Shown: piece by piece, positions 23,721 through 36,450 of the stretch
Layout of the letters: every line of letters begins with the position of its first letter
How positions within the stretch are numbered: position 1 is the stretch's first letter
Origin: Raillietiella orientalis
Lineage: Eukaryota
Reading direction: 5' to 3'
NCBI GenBank assembly: GCA_036172245.1
Contig: JAYWIR010000017.1
Span: 1,984,001-2,048,000, forward strand
Length of the DNA: 64,000 nt
Notes under the pieces: model-generated
Database searches by the model: none
Seen by the model: the letters and a program-made list of their open reading frames with translations, nothing else
Told to the model about the DNA's origin: nothing
Made by a program: the position numbers and the translations under genes

Positions 23721-25501
23721 CCTCGTAAGTGATCAGGGTCATGGCACGAAGAACAGCACAGCTCTCGGAAAACCTCCTCTGCACCCGGAAAGCGTTCAAC
23801 AACCCAAGTGTCAAAGATCGGAGCACCGAAATTTCGAATACTTAATCAGGGAACCACTTCTTGAAAACGTAAAGCACAGGAAACCCATTTCTTTCCTTCA
23901 GCAATGATGTCACATTAATGTCATCATCCCATGACGGAGAGTGCTCCCGAAAACAAATGCTTGGTGTCGCACCTGTGAAAGGCAAGGGGAATCTCTTCGT
24001 CTTCTTCAAGTTCAGAACAGAGGAAACTGTGATTTTTGAAAAAGGAAGCTCCCACTAAAATAACAGATGACGTCAGGTTGAAAAAGAAGCATTTCTTGCT
24101 GGGAAATTTGGTCGTTTTCCTTACTCCCGGGTCCGTCCGCAATCTAATTAAAGTCCTCCTCGAGCGTGAAACGGAAAAAAAAAAAAAAGTCAGCTAATGG
24201 GGTCGTTCGATGTCCGCATTGGTAATCAAACGTTGCAACACACTCCATTCCCACGCAATCTTCACTCCGAAACGACACGAGCTGATCAATCGTGCGCTTT
24301 CCCCTGCATTGAGGGGGTTTGCTTGTCGAGGCTCATGCACTCATGCAGGGAACAGCTGCAGCTTCGCATCCAGAAGATGGAAAACACTCTGGTGGTGGAA
24401 AAGGAGCGGGGGATTATGATTTTCCGTTAATTTCATTGCACTTCGCAGAAAAGTCCCTGGCGGATGTGGAGGCACTGATCACTGGCAGGCACACACACAC
24501 ACACACACACGCAGGGAACAGGGGAGATGCGAAACCAGCAGGGCACGATCACGGTGCGGAAACAGGAACAAAAAGAAAAAGCACTCGCGAGCGCCGCCTT
24601 CAGAGATCAGACCAGGAGAATCCCATGGAAACGAGTGGGAACCGTCCTCCGATGGAAAAAGCATGGGACTTATCCGACGCGTTCGGGGTCCCTCGCGACG
24701 TGAAAGTTAAGAGGCGAAAATCCACAGCCATCTGGATCCATTAGTCTTGTGGTGGGATCGTCACAAACGCGTTCAAGTCTCCCGGAAAACCACGGCGTGC
24801 CGCCCAGGACGGCACACGTGGAACAAGAGCACGGGAATTTGTCCCTGCCAAAAAGGGCGCCGCACGAAAAGCTCTCTCGCAAGGGAGAAGGGGAGGGGGC
24901 GTTTTGCTGTTCGGCCCGACACGGGACTTCAGAAAGCGCCTGTTCCGAAGTCCGTGATCGTGGACGAGGTCCAAAAGGGAAGCTTGAGGATCCGCGTTGT
25001 CCGCGGCACAATTCTCCTTACTTTGGATATTCAGTCGACTCACCAGCGAAGGACGGAACCCCCACCAAAAGTGCACCGGAGTTCTGCGAGAGTTCCCGGA
25101 CTTCGCGACCCGTGCGGGAACGTCGAGAACACGAGAGCGCCCTTCGTACTCCTGGCGTGGGCTCTCCGCGCCGTCGTTTTTGTAGCCACGCGACGCTCTC
25201 TGACAGACGACGGGAGAGTCCGCCTTGGGACTTCCCTCCTGCTTTGCGGGCAACGCGCCGCCGTCGCAATGCCGGCAGGCCGAACCCCCGGAGGCTCTTC
25301 CCAGAAATGAAAGCGGGGGGCACTTTGGACACATCTGCCATCGCATCCCGCGGGCGGCTCCCGATGTTTGCATGCGCGTGGGAGCCGTGCGAGGCGGACG
25401 GACGGACGGTCGGTCGGTGTGTCGGTGGTGCGACGGGCGGACTCCCAAGAAAAAAGCAAAATTAAAAAAAAGTGCTGGCGCGCGCGCATGCGTGCGCCCA
25501 C

Positions 25502-25553
25502 CAGCTGCGAAAATGAAGACGACGACGACGACGAAGAGCACCCCCGGAGCTCC
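25502..25553 (-). CDS. Candidate unc-5 signal-peptide exon (GAPGVLFVVVVVFIFAA, phase 0-1)
   Basis: Acceptor ccctccag and phase-1 donor g|gtgggc. Splicing to the Ig1 exon gives ...FIFAA|EVQKG, a plausible h-region and cleavage site. It has no ATG, so a further upstream exon is required. The hydrophobic run comes from a (GTC)n repeat and could be coincidental. Confidence 0.4.
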
Positions 25554-27854
25554 CTGGAGGGCGTGTTCTCAGAGGCGGAGACGTCGCGGCGGCGGCAAAA
25601 GACGGCAGTAAAAACAGGCGCCAGGGGCTGTTTGCACGTCACCGCCTCGGGGCAGGAAAACGGCCTTTCGGTTTTAGAACCGTTCTTCTTCCAAGCAGCA
25701 GCCCCCATTGTGCGGGGTGATTTATTTCGGTTGGCTCGCGTTAATTGTTTTCGATCACCAAGACAAAAGGATGAAGTGGTTGCCCGGGCCACGTTGCATC
25801 ACGGGCCGGGAGGGAGCTGCCCCTTCCCCACTCGACCTCGCGGCTCCGGCCTGCTTGGCCGGAGCAAAACGCGCGCGCCCGGGATGCCCGGAAGCTCCCG
25901 GCACTCGAAGAGCACCTCGGGATAGGCGGGCGGGAGCGAAGGAGCCAGGCGGCGGTGACGGCTCGGTCCGTTTCCTTCTCTGCTCCAGAAGAGCTGAGAG
26001 AACAGACGCCGCAGGCCAAAGCGGGCACGGGGCCGCCCGCCGCATCGCTAAACCCCGGAAAAGGAGACGCCGCGGAGAACGCGCTCCCGCTCCCGTCCCG
26101 TCCCGTCCGCTCCAGCCGCGCCCGACCCCAGACCGGCCGCCGAGCGAAGGACTCCCTCGTCGGCGCAGCAAGCGATGGCGCGTGCTAGAGGGCGTAGACC
26201 GCGTTGAAGACTTCTCTCCCGCCGACACCTAGGCGAAGAGCTTCCACGGATGCGCGCGTCTCCCGTCACGGTGAGGCTGCGAGAGTTCCAGCATGGAGAC
26301 GGAAAGGGAAAGACAAATACGTCGGCGCGAAGGGCACCGCCCTGCTAAGTTCCGAGACAGGAAGAGGAGGAGGAACCGGGAGAGATGGGGCGGATGAGAA
26401 GGGAAGGCTCTTTTCGAAAAAGAGTTCCCATGTCGCTACCTGAGCTCTCGAGACCGCGGCTCGGGATCTAAGCTTCTTACGTGGGGTCCCAAAAAGAAAA
26501 AAAAACCTCCCCCCCTTCCCGGATGTGCTACTTGGCAACGCCCCGGCAGCACCGCGCCATTCGTCCATGGCTGCTTCTGTTGTCGCTGCCGCCGCTCCCC
26601 GAGCAATCGCGTCGCTCCCTCCGGAGCACTGGAGCGAGGAACGCGCAGCAACAGCTACGGCGGGGTCGCTCCCCGACCAGTCAGTCCATCCCGTGGTCAG
26701 CCCCCGAAAGCGCGCGCAGCCGACACGGAGGAGAGCCACAAATCGCGAAAGGTCCCTGGAAACCCCCCGATCTTCTTCGCGGCGAGTCCCCCCCCCCCTC
26801 GCAACAGCGGTGCGCGTTGCTAAGGTCGGGCATCGAGCCAGAGCCAGCACCGGCCGAAGACGCGCGGCGGGCAGCCCGGGGCCAAAGCCGGGCTCGAAAG
26901 GGGGCTAGCACTGGCGTCACCCGCGGAAATTGGCACGTTCGCCCGTCGCCCGCGTCAGCCGGCGGCAAGCTCTCTCGTCTCCTTTTCCTCCTCCTCCCCC
27001 ACCCTGGAGGGGAGGCGCGCTCCCCACGGAGGGCTGGCCTGGGCGAGATCCTGCCGACGGGTGTCAGGCAGCGTGGGAGAGGCGCTCCAACTCATCTTGG
27101 GAGGCTGCACGCTGCGGCACACCCGCTTCCTTCCCTCCCCTCCTCACACAGGGCAAAAAAAAAAAAACAGAAACAAAAACAAACAATTCGCCTCGCGCGC
27201 ACGCGCGGACCGAAAGGAGCCGGCGGGGAAAAGGAGATCGTGAGGATGAAGACGGGAGGGGACGAGGGAAGGGGTGGAGGCAACCAAAGCAGCGTCGCCG
27301 ATTATGACGTTCGACGCCGTGGACCGCGCGCGCGAAGATGCGGAGTCAGTCTCTCGAGAGGGAAGAGGGGGGAGACTGGCATCCTGGTGGACGGTGCGTC
27401 GCCTTCGAGATGCTCCCGCGAACCAAGATGCGGCACCGGGAAGTGGTTCACGGAGCCATCCTCGGATCCAGAAGGGAGCGAAGAAGTTCACGAAGGCAGA
27501 AAGATAGCGGCGCCAGCGGCGTTGCATCTCCTCGCACTCTCGTTTCACGCCTCTGCCGAAAGACACCATCGCCGCTGCCACCGCCTCTTCCAGCAACCGC
27601 GAGACGTGCGCTCCTCCTCCTTCCCTCCACCGGCACGCTTGCTACGGATGTCGCCGCCCTCCCGTCGGTGGCGGCTGGAACGCGCCCGTCGGGAGGAGGA
27701 GGAGAGGGAAGGAGAGCAAAGAAAGGCGGAAATGAAGAGGGGGCGAACTGGAAAAAGCAGCCACGGCAACCGACAAAGCAGCCCAGTCGACCGCTCGTCG
27801 CCGCCCTGCAGTCGCGCGCGACGTAGCCCCGCTTTGTTTGTTTTCCGCCCCTCT

Positions 27855-29378
27855 TTCCTCCCGCCGAGGACACCCCAAGCGGGGGAGGAGAGACGGCGGC
27901 GGAGGCGGCGCCAGACAGCCGGAGCGCGGGGACGCCTCGGCCTCACCAGGCGACGGCGGGGAGGGGAGGGAGGAAAGGGTAGCCGCCCTCGAGACGCACG
28001 GTAGCCGCCGCCGAAGCGCGCAGGGAGGATGCCGGGGAGAGGGGGGGGGGAGGAGGCCGCCAACCGTGGCTGGCCTCTGCAGCCTCCTCTCGCTTCTTCC
28101 TCAGCCTCCGTGCCGTCTCGGAAAGAGAGCGTCGTCCATCCGCGAGGCTGCGCACTCGGCACGGGAACGGACCCTGCAGGCAAACGGAGCTCCACCCGGC
28201 CCCACGTCGTCGTCCGAAGATCAAATTTCAGCTCCCCCGCGCACCCCCCGTCCTGGTCCCGCGGCCGGGAGTCGAGATTGGCGTTCACCCGTAAGAGCGG
28301 GTGGATGACACCCGCGCGTGCGGCAGGAGCAAGCGGACGGCGGACGCGCGCCTTTCTCCCGGATGCCCGGCTGCCGCTGTGCGCGCACTCGGAGCCTCCT
28401 CGCTAATTGCATCCCGGGTACTCCCTTCCGCCACATGGCGGTCGGAGGAGGGCGCCGACGCAGCGCGCGCCCGCCGAAGCAGCAGCGGGCAGATACGAAT
28501 CGAAGGATTAGCAAGGCGACAGCTTTCCTGGGAGCGTCGCGGAGATCTGGCGGCAGCCGATGCTATCGCAGCAGCCGCCGCACCGCGAGATCGGCGACGA
28601 ACCGGAGCAGAATGGGGTTGGCGCCGCCACGACGACTAAGCATTCCTCTCGTCTTTGTTTCCAGGAAGCCTCGCCATCAGTCTCGGCTTCCTCTTTGTCG
28701 CCGCGGAAGCGCCTCCGCTTCTTGCGTGGGGGAGCACCCGGGAGCCGCCACGCTTTTCCCCGTGGTTAGCGCGGAGGAATTTTTCCTTCCGGAGAGAAAG
28801 GAAAAGAAGCAGGCTGTGCAGCCTGCCAGCACAAAGCCACCGGAGAAACGAATCAGGACCGAACAGGAGCTCGACCGGCTCTCCAGGTCAGGCGCCCACA
28901 AAACAGGCGGAAGTAGCAGCACCAACAGCCCCCGAGGGCTGGAGAGAGAGGCGTGTAAGAACAGGTGCCTTGGACAGAAGGTCCTCCGCTTGCATCTCCT
29001 GCGGCACGAGAAGTGGGCCGAGACAGAAGCGACCCAGAAGAACGCACTCTGCCATCTCGGGAAGTGGAAGAGCGCGAAAGGAAGACCGGGAAAAATGACG
29101 CTTCAGCAGGGCTCTCAGAGTTGCGGGAAAACGGGACTCTTGAGAAGTCGACTGCCACTGCGAGACTCCCGTCCTCTTGATGATCCAGAATGTCGGTTGG
29201 GAAAGATTTCCCCTGCTGCATGACACTAAGACCGGAACGCGATCCACAGTGAACATCGAGTGCGAGGCTATTGGTTCCCGGCTCCCAGTAGTCCATTCTT
29301 TGATGATTCGCCAGAAGCAGGCTGAGGCCCTTCCATTCCACCTTCCTCCCGCCGAGGACACCCCCAAGCGGGGAAGGA
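27855..29378. repeat. Duplicated ~35-bp motif (27855-27889 and 29343-29378)
   Basis: ttcctcccgccgaggacacccc(c)aagcgggg(g/a)agga at both sites; each copy is self-complementary (cctcccgc...gcggg..agg). Confidence 0.9.
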
Positions 29379-31149
29379 AAGGCGGCGGGCGACGCAGAAG
29401 CGAGACCAAGGCAGGAGGGTGAGTTCAGCGACCACCAGGTTTCGCCTCTACATCTCCCCCCGCCTCCGGGTTCATCCAGGAACCGGCGCGTTCCGAAACC
29501 AGAAGAGGTCTCGTCTCTTCTATCCCTGATGACGTTCGCTTCTGTACAGACGGCGCCAGTTCGCGCTCCTACTACACCCTGCGAGCTCATTCCACGTACA
29601 GCACAGACCAGATCCGCCCTTCCACCGATCTTACTGTACGCAAGGGGAACGACGGCCGGGCCGCGCACGGCCGCGTACGCTCCAGGGGAGAACGGCGACA
29701 TCGCGGCGGATTAGGGACTCCATTAGCCGCATGTAGAAGCCTCTACGCGGAGTGCGGGCTAAGCGTGCACTCAAGCAACGTGTACGGGGCCGCTGGGCCG
29801 AGCACCGTGCGGCGCAGAAAACACGCTGGGCCTCCGCCGCACCGGGCGCGCAGCGTCTCCCGCGCTGCCTGCGTCACACCTCGGTGTGCATGCAAGGTCA
29901 CTTCACGTCCTTCCGCTCCCCCGTACCACGTTCTGTCGGGGACTCACCGAGCCCCCAAGGGCTCGGTGTTCCACCCGGACACATCTACCCGCACTCTCGA
30001 CACCTTACCGTGTCACCTTCGAAGGAAGCAAACCGCCGCGAACTGATGGCACCGCTTTCCTCTTTTTTTCTCCTTTCCTTCTGGACTCTCACACTTGAAA
30101 CACTACGTGTGGGTCACTCAGGCTGGTTTCCGCGTAGCTACGAGCGGGTGAGCCTCGCGCAGCCATCCAACGATCAACACGAAACAGACACAGTCCGGAA
30201 GCCGGCAGGAAAAAACTTCGATGCGCCTCACCACTCAAGTGTTGGATGCGCGGTGCAGCAGCAGCATGCCTGCCTGCTTCCCGGCCGGTTCTTCCCGAAG
30301 TTGTGCGCGCCGCAGCACAGCAGCGTGGCGTGGTGTCACCCGACGAACAGACGTTACTCGTCTCGCCGTGCTCGCTCGCTCAAACGCAGACTGCCTGCGC
30401 CTCGCCTAACGTCTACCTGTTTATCTGCGAGATCTCTTCGGAGATTCCGGCAAATTAGGGAGGAAAAAGCTTTTAGGAACCCTCGCTCCTCTCCCGGAAT
30501 TCTTTGAGGTTTTTCCCGGGCAGTATGTGGGCTACGGAGTGACAAAAGAAATTCATTAGGGAAAATTCTTCGCTGATTACTTTAAATATTATTAAAGAAA
30601 AAAAAAAAAGATTTTGCGGGCGTTTGAGAAAACCCGAAATTACCGCTCAACACGTGATTGGACGAGCGGGAAACCTGAAGAAGGGCACGAAGAGGAAGAG
30701 GCAAGAAAAAAAAGCGTCAGAGAAAAAACCTGGATAGCAATCCGTTTCTGGAACAAGAATAGAATCGAGATGCTGCTCCTTGGTGAAATCGCAGCAGAAG
30801 TTTTCCACATGACAGATGACTGCGAGCAAGGAATGCAGCAGCGAATGCATCCGTCTTCAGTTGCTTCTGCAGCCACAGAGGAAAGCAAGTCGGCGGACGG
30901 CGGATTTTTCACAAGTGCGTCGCGAACGGATTCGCATTTGATTTTATCCTAGCAGTGGTCGTTCTGCTGCACAACGGGGCAGTATTTCTCCTTTATTTTG
31001 GGGATGGGGTGAGGAGTTTCTGTATGCGATGGAAAGGAGATCCCGTTCTGCACTAAAAGGATTTATCATTATTATTTTAACGCAGTAAGCAGTGTCGAAA
31101 AATCGGGGAGTTCATTTTTGTTCAGTCCTGAGGTAGGGCTGGTAGCCAG

Positions 31150-32092
31150 TGGACCTTTCCATTTGTGAACTTGCAATAAACTACTCTGACTGTAGGAAGA
31201 GAAAGAAAAAAATGACCGGCGACATCTCTCACGAGGAGGCGTTGCTGCCAACCTCTTAACTGACCAGTGAAGTAGACCGAAGGAGTGATTCTGCAAGTGA
31301 AGCCTTCAATGCAACTGAGGACGACAGGCCCACAGGACATGATGTGCAGGAGGTGCTCGATATGAAAGAGTAAAAGACTCTCAGTCTCTGTTTGCGAGGT
31401 TACAACTTCATTGCTAAGAGACATCTGCTCAACTCATTAATCAAGAGGCTCAAGGCAAGTGCAAGGTGATGGTGGCACGAAACCTAGGAGACGACTGAGC
31501 ACTCGGATCAAACCTGGGGCTACCGCAAAGAAAGCTGAACCCTCGTACTCGACGTCGCCTACCCATCTGAGCAGGGGGCAACGGCACTTAGAGATGGCAA
31601 AAAAAAAGCATGACAAAAAAAAAAAAAAAAAAAAAACGAAAACCAAATACTGGAAATTGTCTCTCCTGCCCACCGACGGATGAGCACCGGCTTTGATTGG
31701 AGCAACTTGGGAGTCTGAGACTCGAAGAACGGCGACTGGAATCCCTAACACCACGGTGGAAACCACAAGAAGACAACGACGATAGTGTATGCCAATGTCA
31801 TCATAGCCGAGACATTTACAGGGAACACATCTTGATTCACTAGAATCACGATGAATAGTGAGCATCCTTCGGAAGGATAACAAGGTAGTGAAAACTGTGA
31901 AGAATCTTCCTCCCCGTGATTTGTTGCAAAAGGAAAGTCAAAAATTAACCAACTTGCAGTCCACACTTGGAAGCTGCTCTCAGAGTCATCTCATCAAGGA
32001 CCATTTCTTGACCGGAGGGGAGCAAGTCGCACGTCTTTTTCAGCAACACCCGGAGCAAGGGTTCCCCCCCACCCTCACTGTGAAAAAATAAA
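31150..32092 (+). mobile_element. Decayed 3' end of an RLE-type non-LTR retrotransposon, Utopia/NeSL-like
   Basis: Ordered motifs across frameshifts: CRRC (31345-31356), KTLSLCL (~ETL.HVL), KRH...IKRLKA, RIKPG (~L[RK]PD), LVLDVAYPSEQGATAL (~IIDVT.PFENG..AF), KTKY, IGA/LGS (~VGALGSW), SRDIYREHI (31805-31831), TAG 31841-31843, AATAAA 32087-32092. Confidence 0.72.
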
Positions 32093-32789
32093 GCGGTATC
32101 CCCCTTGCTCTTTCCTTCTGGGGTCTTTGGACAGAAAGCAAAGAGCACCAAGAACCAAGTGGACACTCACAAATCCAAAAACTTATTTTCGACAGGCTCT
32201 GGTTGTTGTAGGAGGAAGGGAGAGGAGGAGACGTAGCACGAAAGCGACACCTAGTAATGGAGTTATGGGGCCAGGGTTTCGAACCCTGGAAGAAGATGGT
32301 CATCCATTTGGAAAAGTTCAGAAATGTTTCGAAGAAATTGTAGCTGAAAGATTCGGGAGGTTATTCCCTACTTCTCCAAGAGGAACTTTTTCTGCCACGC
32401 TGGTCAAAGCTCCCCAGCGATTACGATTCGGGAACACATTCTGCATCCAGATTCACACGAATAGATGTCGGATCCGCGGTCTTTCAGTTTCCTAACTCGA
32501 GTACTCTGCTTTTCCGTGTGCCATCCGCTTCAAGTCCATTTTCATTGACGAGCATGCCGGAAAGTATAAAACGGATTCTCTCTGATGACGAATAAACCAC
32601 CGGCTCTATGAGGCTCATTCAAAGATCCTTGAGAATGACAAGCAACTGTGTGAGTTTTTGCAGTGAAAATTCGATTCTGCTCTCGATTCCCTCCCCCCCC
32701 CCTCCCTCAGGAGACTAGAGCCCATTTCCATAGCAGTGATAGACATTCGCTTCATCACAAAACGTCCGGGCTAAGCCGAAAGCGATTTC

Positions 32790-33270
32790 ACGGCAGCGAA
32801 CTTTGAACAATCAGCTCCACAATGGTCCATTCATTGAGTGGGTGACGCACACGTTGCCGAGAAGAATGGCCAGCGACTGCTCGACTGGATACCATTTTTT
32901 GCGCCGATCTCCCACAACGGACGGACTTATGTGCATGTGCCATCAAATGATAGGATTTTCTCGTTCTTGGCAGGTCATTCTTTTGTGCTCTTGTCCGCAG
33001 GTAAGGCGGGTGGGCTTGTTTATGGGGTAATGATGTGCACAGGGCACGAGAGCAAAAGCTCAGTTCGGAAGTCCGGTTTTTATGGAGCTCCTTGATCAGT
33101 TCGGCTCTCAACCAAGTTCCTCATGTGTATGGGGCTTATCGCGTTCCATTTGCTCCACTCTCTCTGTGCTTTCAACTTCCTTAACAGGTGCTAAGTTTCC
33201 GTGCCATACTGGTGCCAATACAGCCGTTCCCGTTCCGGCCTTTCGGTTTACCGACCTGCGTGTCGGGGAT
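32790..33270 (-). mobile_element. Decayed LINE (CR1/L2-group-like) ORF2 C-terminal fragment
   Basis: APVWHGNLAPVKEVESTERVEQ (~APVWH..L.......ERVQ), EELG*EP (~ELGW..L), HSSRQRVRHPLNEW...IVQS (~SF..R....WN.LP..IV). Confidence 0.45.
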
Positions 33271-34149
33271 GCCCCCCCTTCGTTTCTTCTGTGTCCTTTG
33301 TCCGGGAACTCTGTTCCTGGATGGTTTAGAAATAAACACCCCGGCGCACCCGGGTGAGAAACAGCCGCGCGTGCTCTCCTGCGCTGCGTGAAAAGTGCAC
33401 ACGAAAGTGGGGATGGCTGGACTGGGTCTCGTGGCAAGGAAAGTTGCTGTTCTCAAAGGATGGAATGGGTTCAATAGACAAAACTCTCGAGAAAAGAATC
33501 ACATACAAGAGCTCTGGCGCTTGCTTGAAATCAGATATGAGTTCTCCAGATTGCGATCTGGATCACTATTTCATCTTCCTGAGACTTATCAGCGTATCAG
33601 GAAAGGTGATGCGCGGGTGACGAACGTGCCGCTGCCTCATATCGCCGTTCGAGCGTTTTTCCTCGGACAAATGGCATTCCGAGTCTCTTTCTTCCTCGTG
33701 AACTTTCTCAAAACAGAAAGGCGATAGAACACACGCACACGCACGATCATCAGCATTCGGCGTTCACCACCCATCCTGCAGTTGATTGTGACCCGGGTGC
33801 TCCGGGACATTTATTCCGTATACAAGAATAAACATTTACAATCTCTGCGGTTGGTCCAACCACGTCCAATTTTAGAGCAAACCAGCTGCGTTATCGGTGT
33901 GCAGGCTGTCGAGGTCCACCACGGCAGCGGGAGGGGAGGGGACAAATAGAAAGAAAAAAAAGGAAACAAAAATAAAAATAAACAAACAAATTTTGGGGAG
34001 GGTGCGGGAATGGATTACGTTCTGCTGGGAGCGTCCCCTGCAAGATCCCGGCAAGCTCTTGCTGGATGTTGTTTTCACATACGAAGACTGCGAGCCACAA
34101 ATAGATTTCCAATTCTTCCTGGTCCAAAGGTCCAGAAGCATTTGGGTTC

Positions 34150-34400
34150 CACTATGAGTTCTAAGAACGAGGACCCTCTGCGTCCACCAGAAGAAACGTC
34201 AGGTACCTCGTTAAGGTGGAGCGGAGCAAAGAACCTCGCATGTTCGAAAAATACGTCTGCTATACGCCTCCCGTAATGAGCAATGCGTGAGAACCTTCCT
34301 GCTGAAATTCTTGTACTCCTGAAAGCTTTCGGATTCTCGGACGGAGTCCTTGAGCCGCAGAAGACGCTTCAAGAAGTATTCCTTTGTTCTCAAGAGTCAA
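34150..34400 (-). mobile_element. Possible decayed hAT transposase fragment
   Basis: YFLKRLLRLKDSV (~Y.ML.RLL.LK..V), followed by RIFRTCEVLCS (~PF..AT..LS). Weak. Confidence 0.28.
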
Positions 34401-35889
34401 TTTCCGCTCGCCGCTTGCTCCTTCCCACTTATTCGAAACTTCAGTTGGACTGTTTGCTTTTCAATGAAAATGATCGACTGTTTCCTTGAAAGAGAGATGG
34501 AACAAAAGTGGCCACTGCATAAGTTTTTTTGTTTTCAACTCCTTTTTTTTTTTTTCAGTCTCAGATTTTTTATTTATTTAGTTAGTTTTTTTGTGCGTTT
34601 GAGGTGTTCTGTTCAAAGCACACCATCCTGCTCCAGGCAAAGCTCGAGTACCGAGTGCGCGAAGCAGTTTTTTGAGCTCAGCATTCCACGGAACTCGAGA
34701 AAGCTTTGTGAATCTGAGAAGCCTGCTGGGAAAACTTTCTTGATGAGAATTATCAGTCCCCATCGAAACAGCAGTGAGATTTGGAAGGAAGAAAAAAAAA
34801 CGACCAGCTGCAACATTTTGCGGATGCATTCGGACTTCAAAGCAGCCTGTAATCCACGTACTGTTTGTCGATCATCTCTTCCGTGGGATCAGTCCTGCCA
34901 TGCCAAGAGAGAGTATGCGAGATTCGAGTGAATGCCCTGTACTTTCTTCATGAGACTGTAAAAGCGCACCTCTCCGTGGGGACAAATTGTGGAGTAGGAC
35001 GACTATTCTCTCGCTGTAGAAGGTGCGCCACCGGTGATGAAGTCCTGACAAAGCCACTGGTAGCCGAGCAACGCAAAGTTGATGCTGGGGATTGAATGGA
35101 AACTAACGTTCATATGCTGAACTCGGAGGCGTCCCTTTTCCCGTGGATGATTGGTGAGCACAAGTCATTGCACGCTCTAAACGCACACCCTGCACGAAGT
35201 TATACGTGCTGCCTGCAGATTTCTCTCCGCTCTCCCTACTGAGCAGCGCAGCGCTCGAAAGAAAAAGGAAAAAAAAAAAAATTTCTTTTAAAAGGAGCAA
35301 GCAGCCCGATTCGTTGAGGAAAGGAACCAATCCAGGTTTGGGGAGCTCCTGTAGAGGGGAAAAGGCGTGCAAGACTCTTCGGAAAGCTTTGCATCAGGAA
35401 GTGTCCTCATTTTGCGTCTGCTGGCTGGTGGGGTTCTTGAGGAACGCGTGACCTTCCTTCTGCATTGGGGATGGGGGAGAGGGGGGGCAGGGCATTTGCG
35501 TCGAGTTTCAGAAGCGCACCAGGATTTAGAATGCACGGGAACCATCGGCAGAGATCACCAGCCTCGACAGTACAGCCTGGGATGCCTTGTGAAGCAGTTC
35601 GATGGAGGCAGCATGAAAATCCCCGGCGAACGGAAGGGCAGAGGCTTAGGAGTTCTGGTTCTCTTTTGCTTTTGAAGGTCGTGAGGAGAAGAGGCGGTGT
35701 ACTGTGACGGTGTAGGCCGGTGCATCGAGACAGAGCTGACCTGCCACAGTAAGGTGAGGTTTGCTCCGAAAAGATGGCGAAAGAGAGGACAGGCATGCCT
35801 TGATGACACTGCTCTCTAAAGGCCGCGAGAGGACCCGGATCTTTCCTAGGGATCCGTGTGTCGTTCAAAGTTTGCACGACCGTGTTCCA

Positions 35890-36450
35890 ACAGTCAAAGC
35901 ATCCAAGTCCACAAACGGACCCTGGACCATTAAGATCGAAGCTTTCCCCTCGTTCCAGCTTCCGTACCGGTACCAAGAGTTTTAATTGGGTGGTACAAAG
36001 CGTCGAGCAACAACAGACGCCTTTCTGGAGCGAATCCGTTTGAGTTCTTGGGTCCCTCTGGATCTTCCCGTCTTCTCCTTCGCCCTCCTCACTCCTCTTT
36101 TCCATAAATCAAAAGCGCCGAGCTCGGCTTCAAATAGCCCCTGCGCTTGCCTTGTGTGATGCCCTGCTAAAGGGTCGGTTAAAAAAAGAAAGAAATTTCC
36201 CAACAAACATTTCGAGAAGAATTCAGCGGAGGATCGAAGAAGCTCGCATTCCGATGGAGCAAAGGAGTGGGGCATCCTTGAAACGCATCGCAAGAGCGCG
36301 CGGTTCCCGCTTATTCAATGTTTGCAATGCGGTCAATTACCGGACCGGAGAGGCTTGGGTAAACTGAGAGACACCGCTGCCGGATTTGTTGATTTTCGCC
36401 CTGACAACCGAGAGTCAGGACGGGTCACAGCTCTCCGGCGCATGGCCCCG
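35890..36450 (+). mobile_element. Decayed LINE reverse-transcriptase N-terminal fragment
   Basis: VKASKSTNGPWTIKIE (~K..K..GPD.I..E), WVPLDL...ALLTPLFHK...SNSPCACL...K (~VP.DW..A.ITPLFKK...NYRPISL...K), KHFEKN, QCGQLPDR (~QCGFRP.R), AAGFVDFR (~FVDF.KAFD), all in the expected order. Confidence 0.55.

Larger units (their letters stand above)
24700..30500. promoter_or_regulatory. GC/CpG-rich island upstream of the unc-5 Ig1 exon; probable promoter / 5' exon region
   Basis: Abrupt rise in GC and CpG density relative to the flanks; G-tract motif gggg-a-gggg-a-ggg-aggaaa-ggg at 27958-27979; located 5' of unc-5 on the minus strand. Promoter function is inferred. Confidence 0.6.

Noticed and set aside
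26481..28004. 507-aa plus-strand ORF and many other long overlapping ORFs at 24.7-30.5 kb
   Set aside because: Arg/Pro/Gly/Ser-rich low-complexity translations open in several frames and on both strands. This is expected from stop-codon scarcity in GC-rich DNA, and no domain is recognisable.
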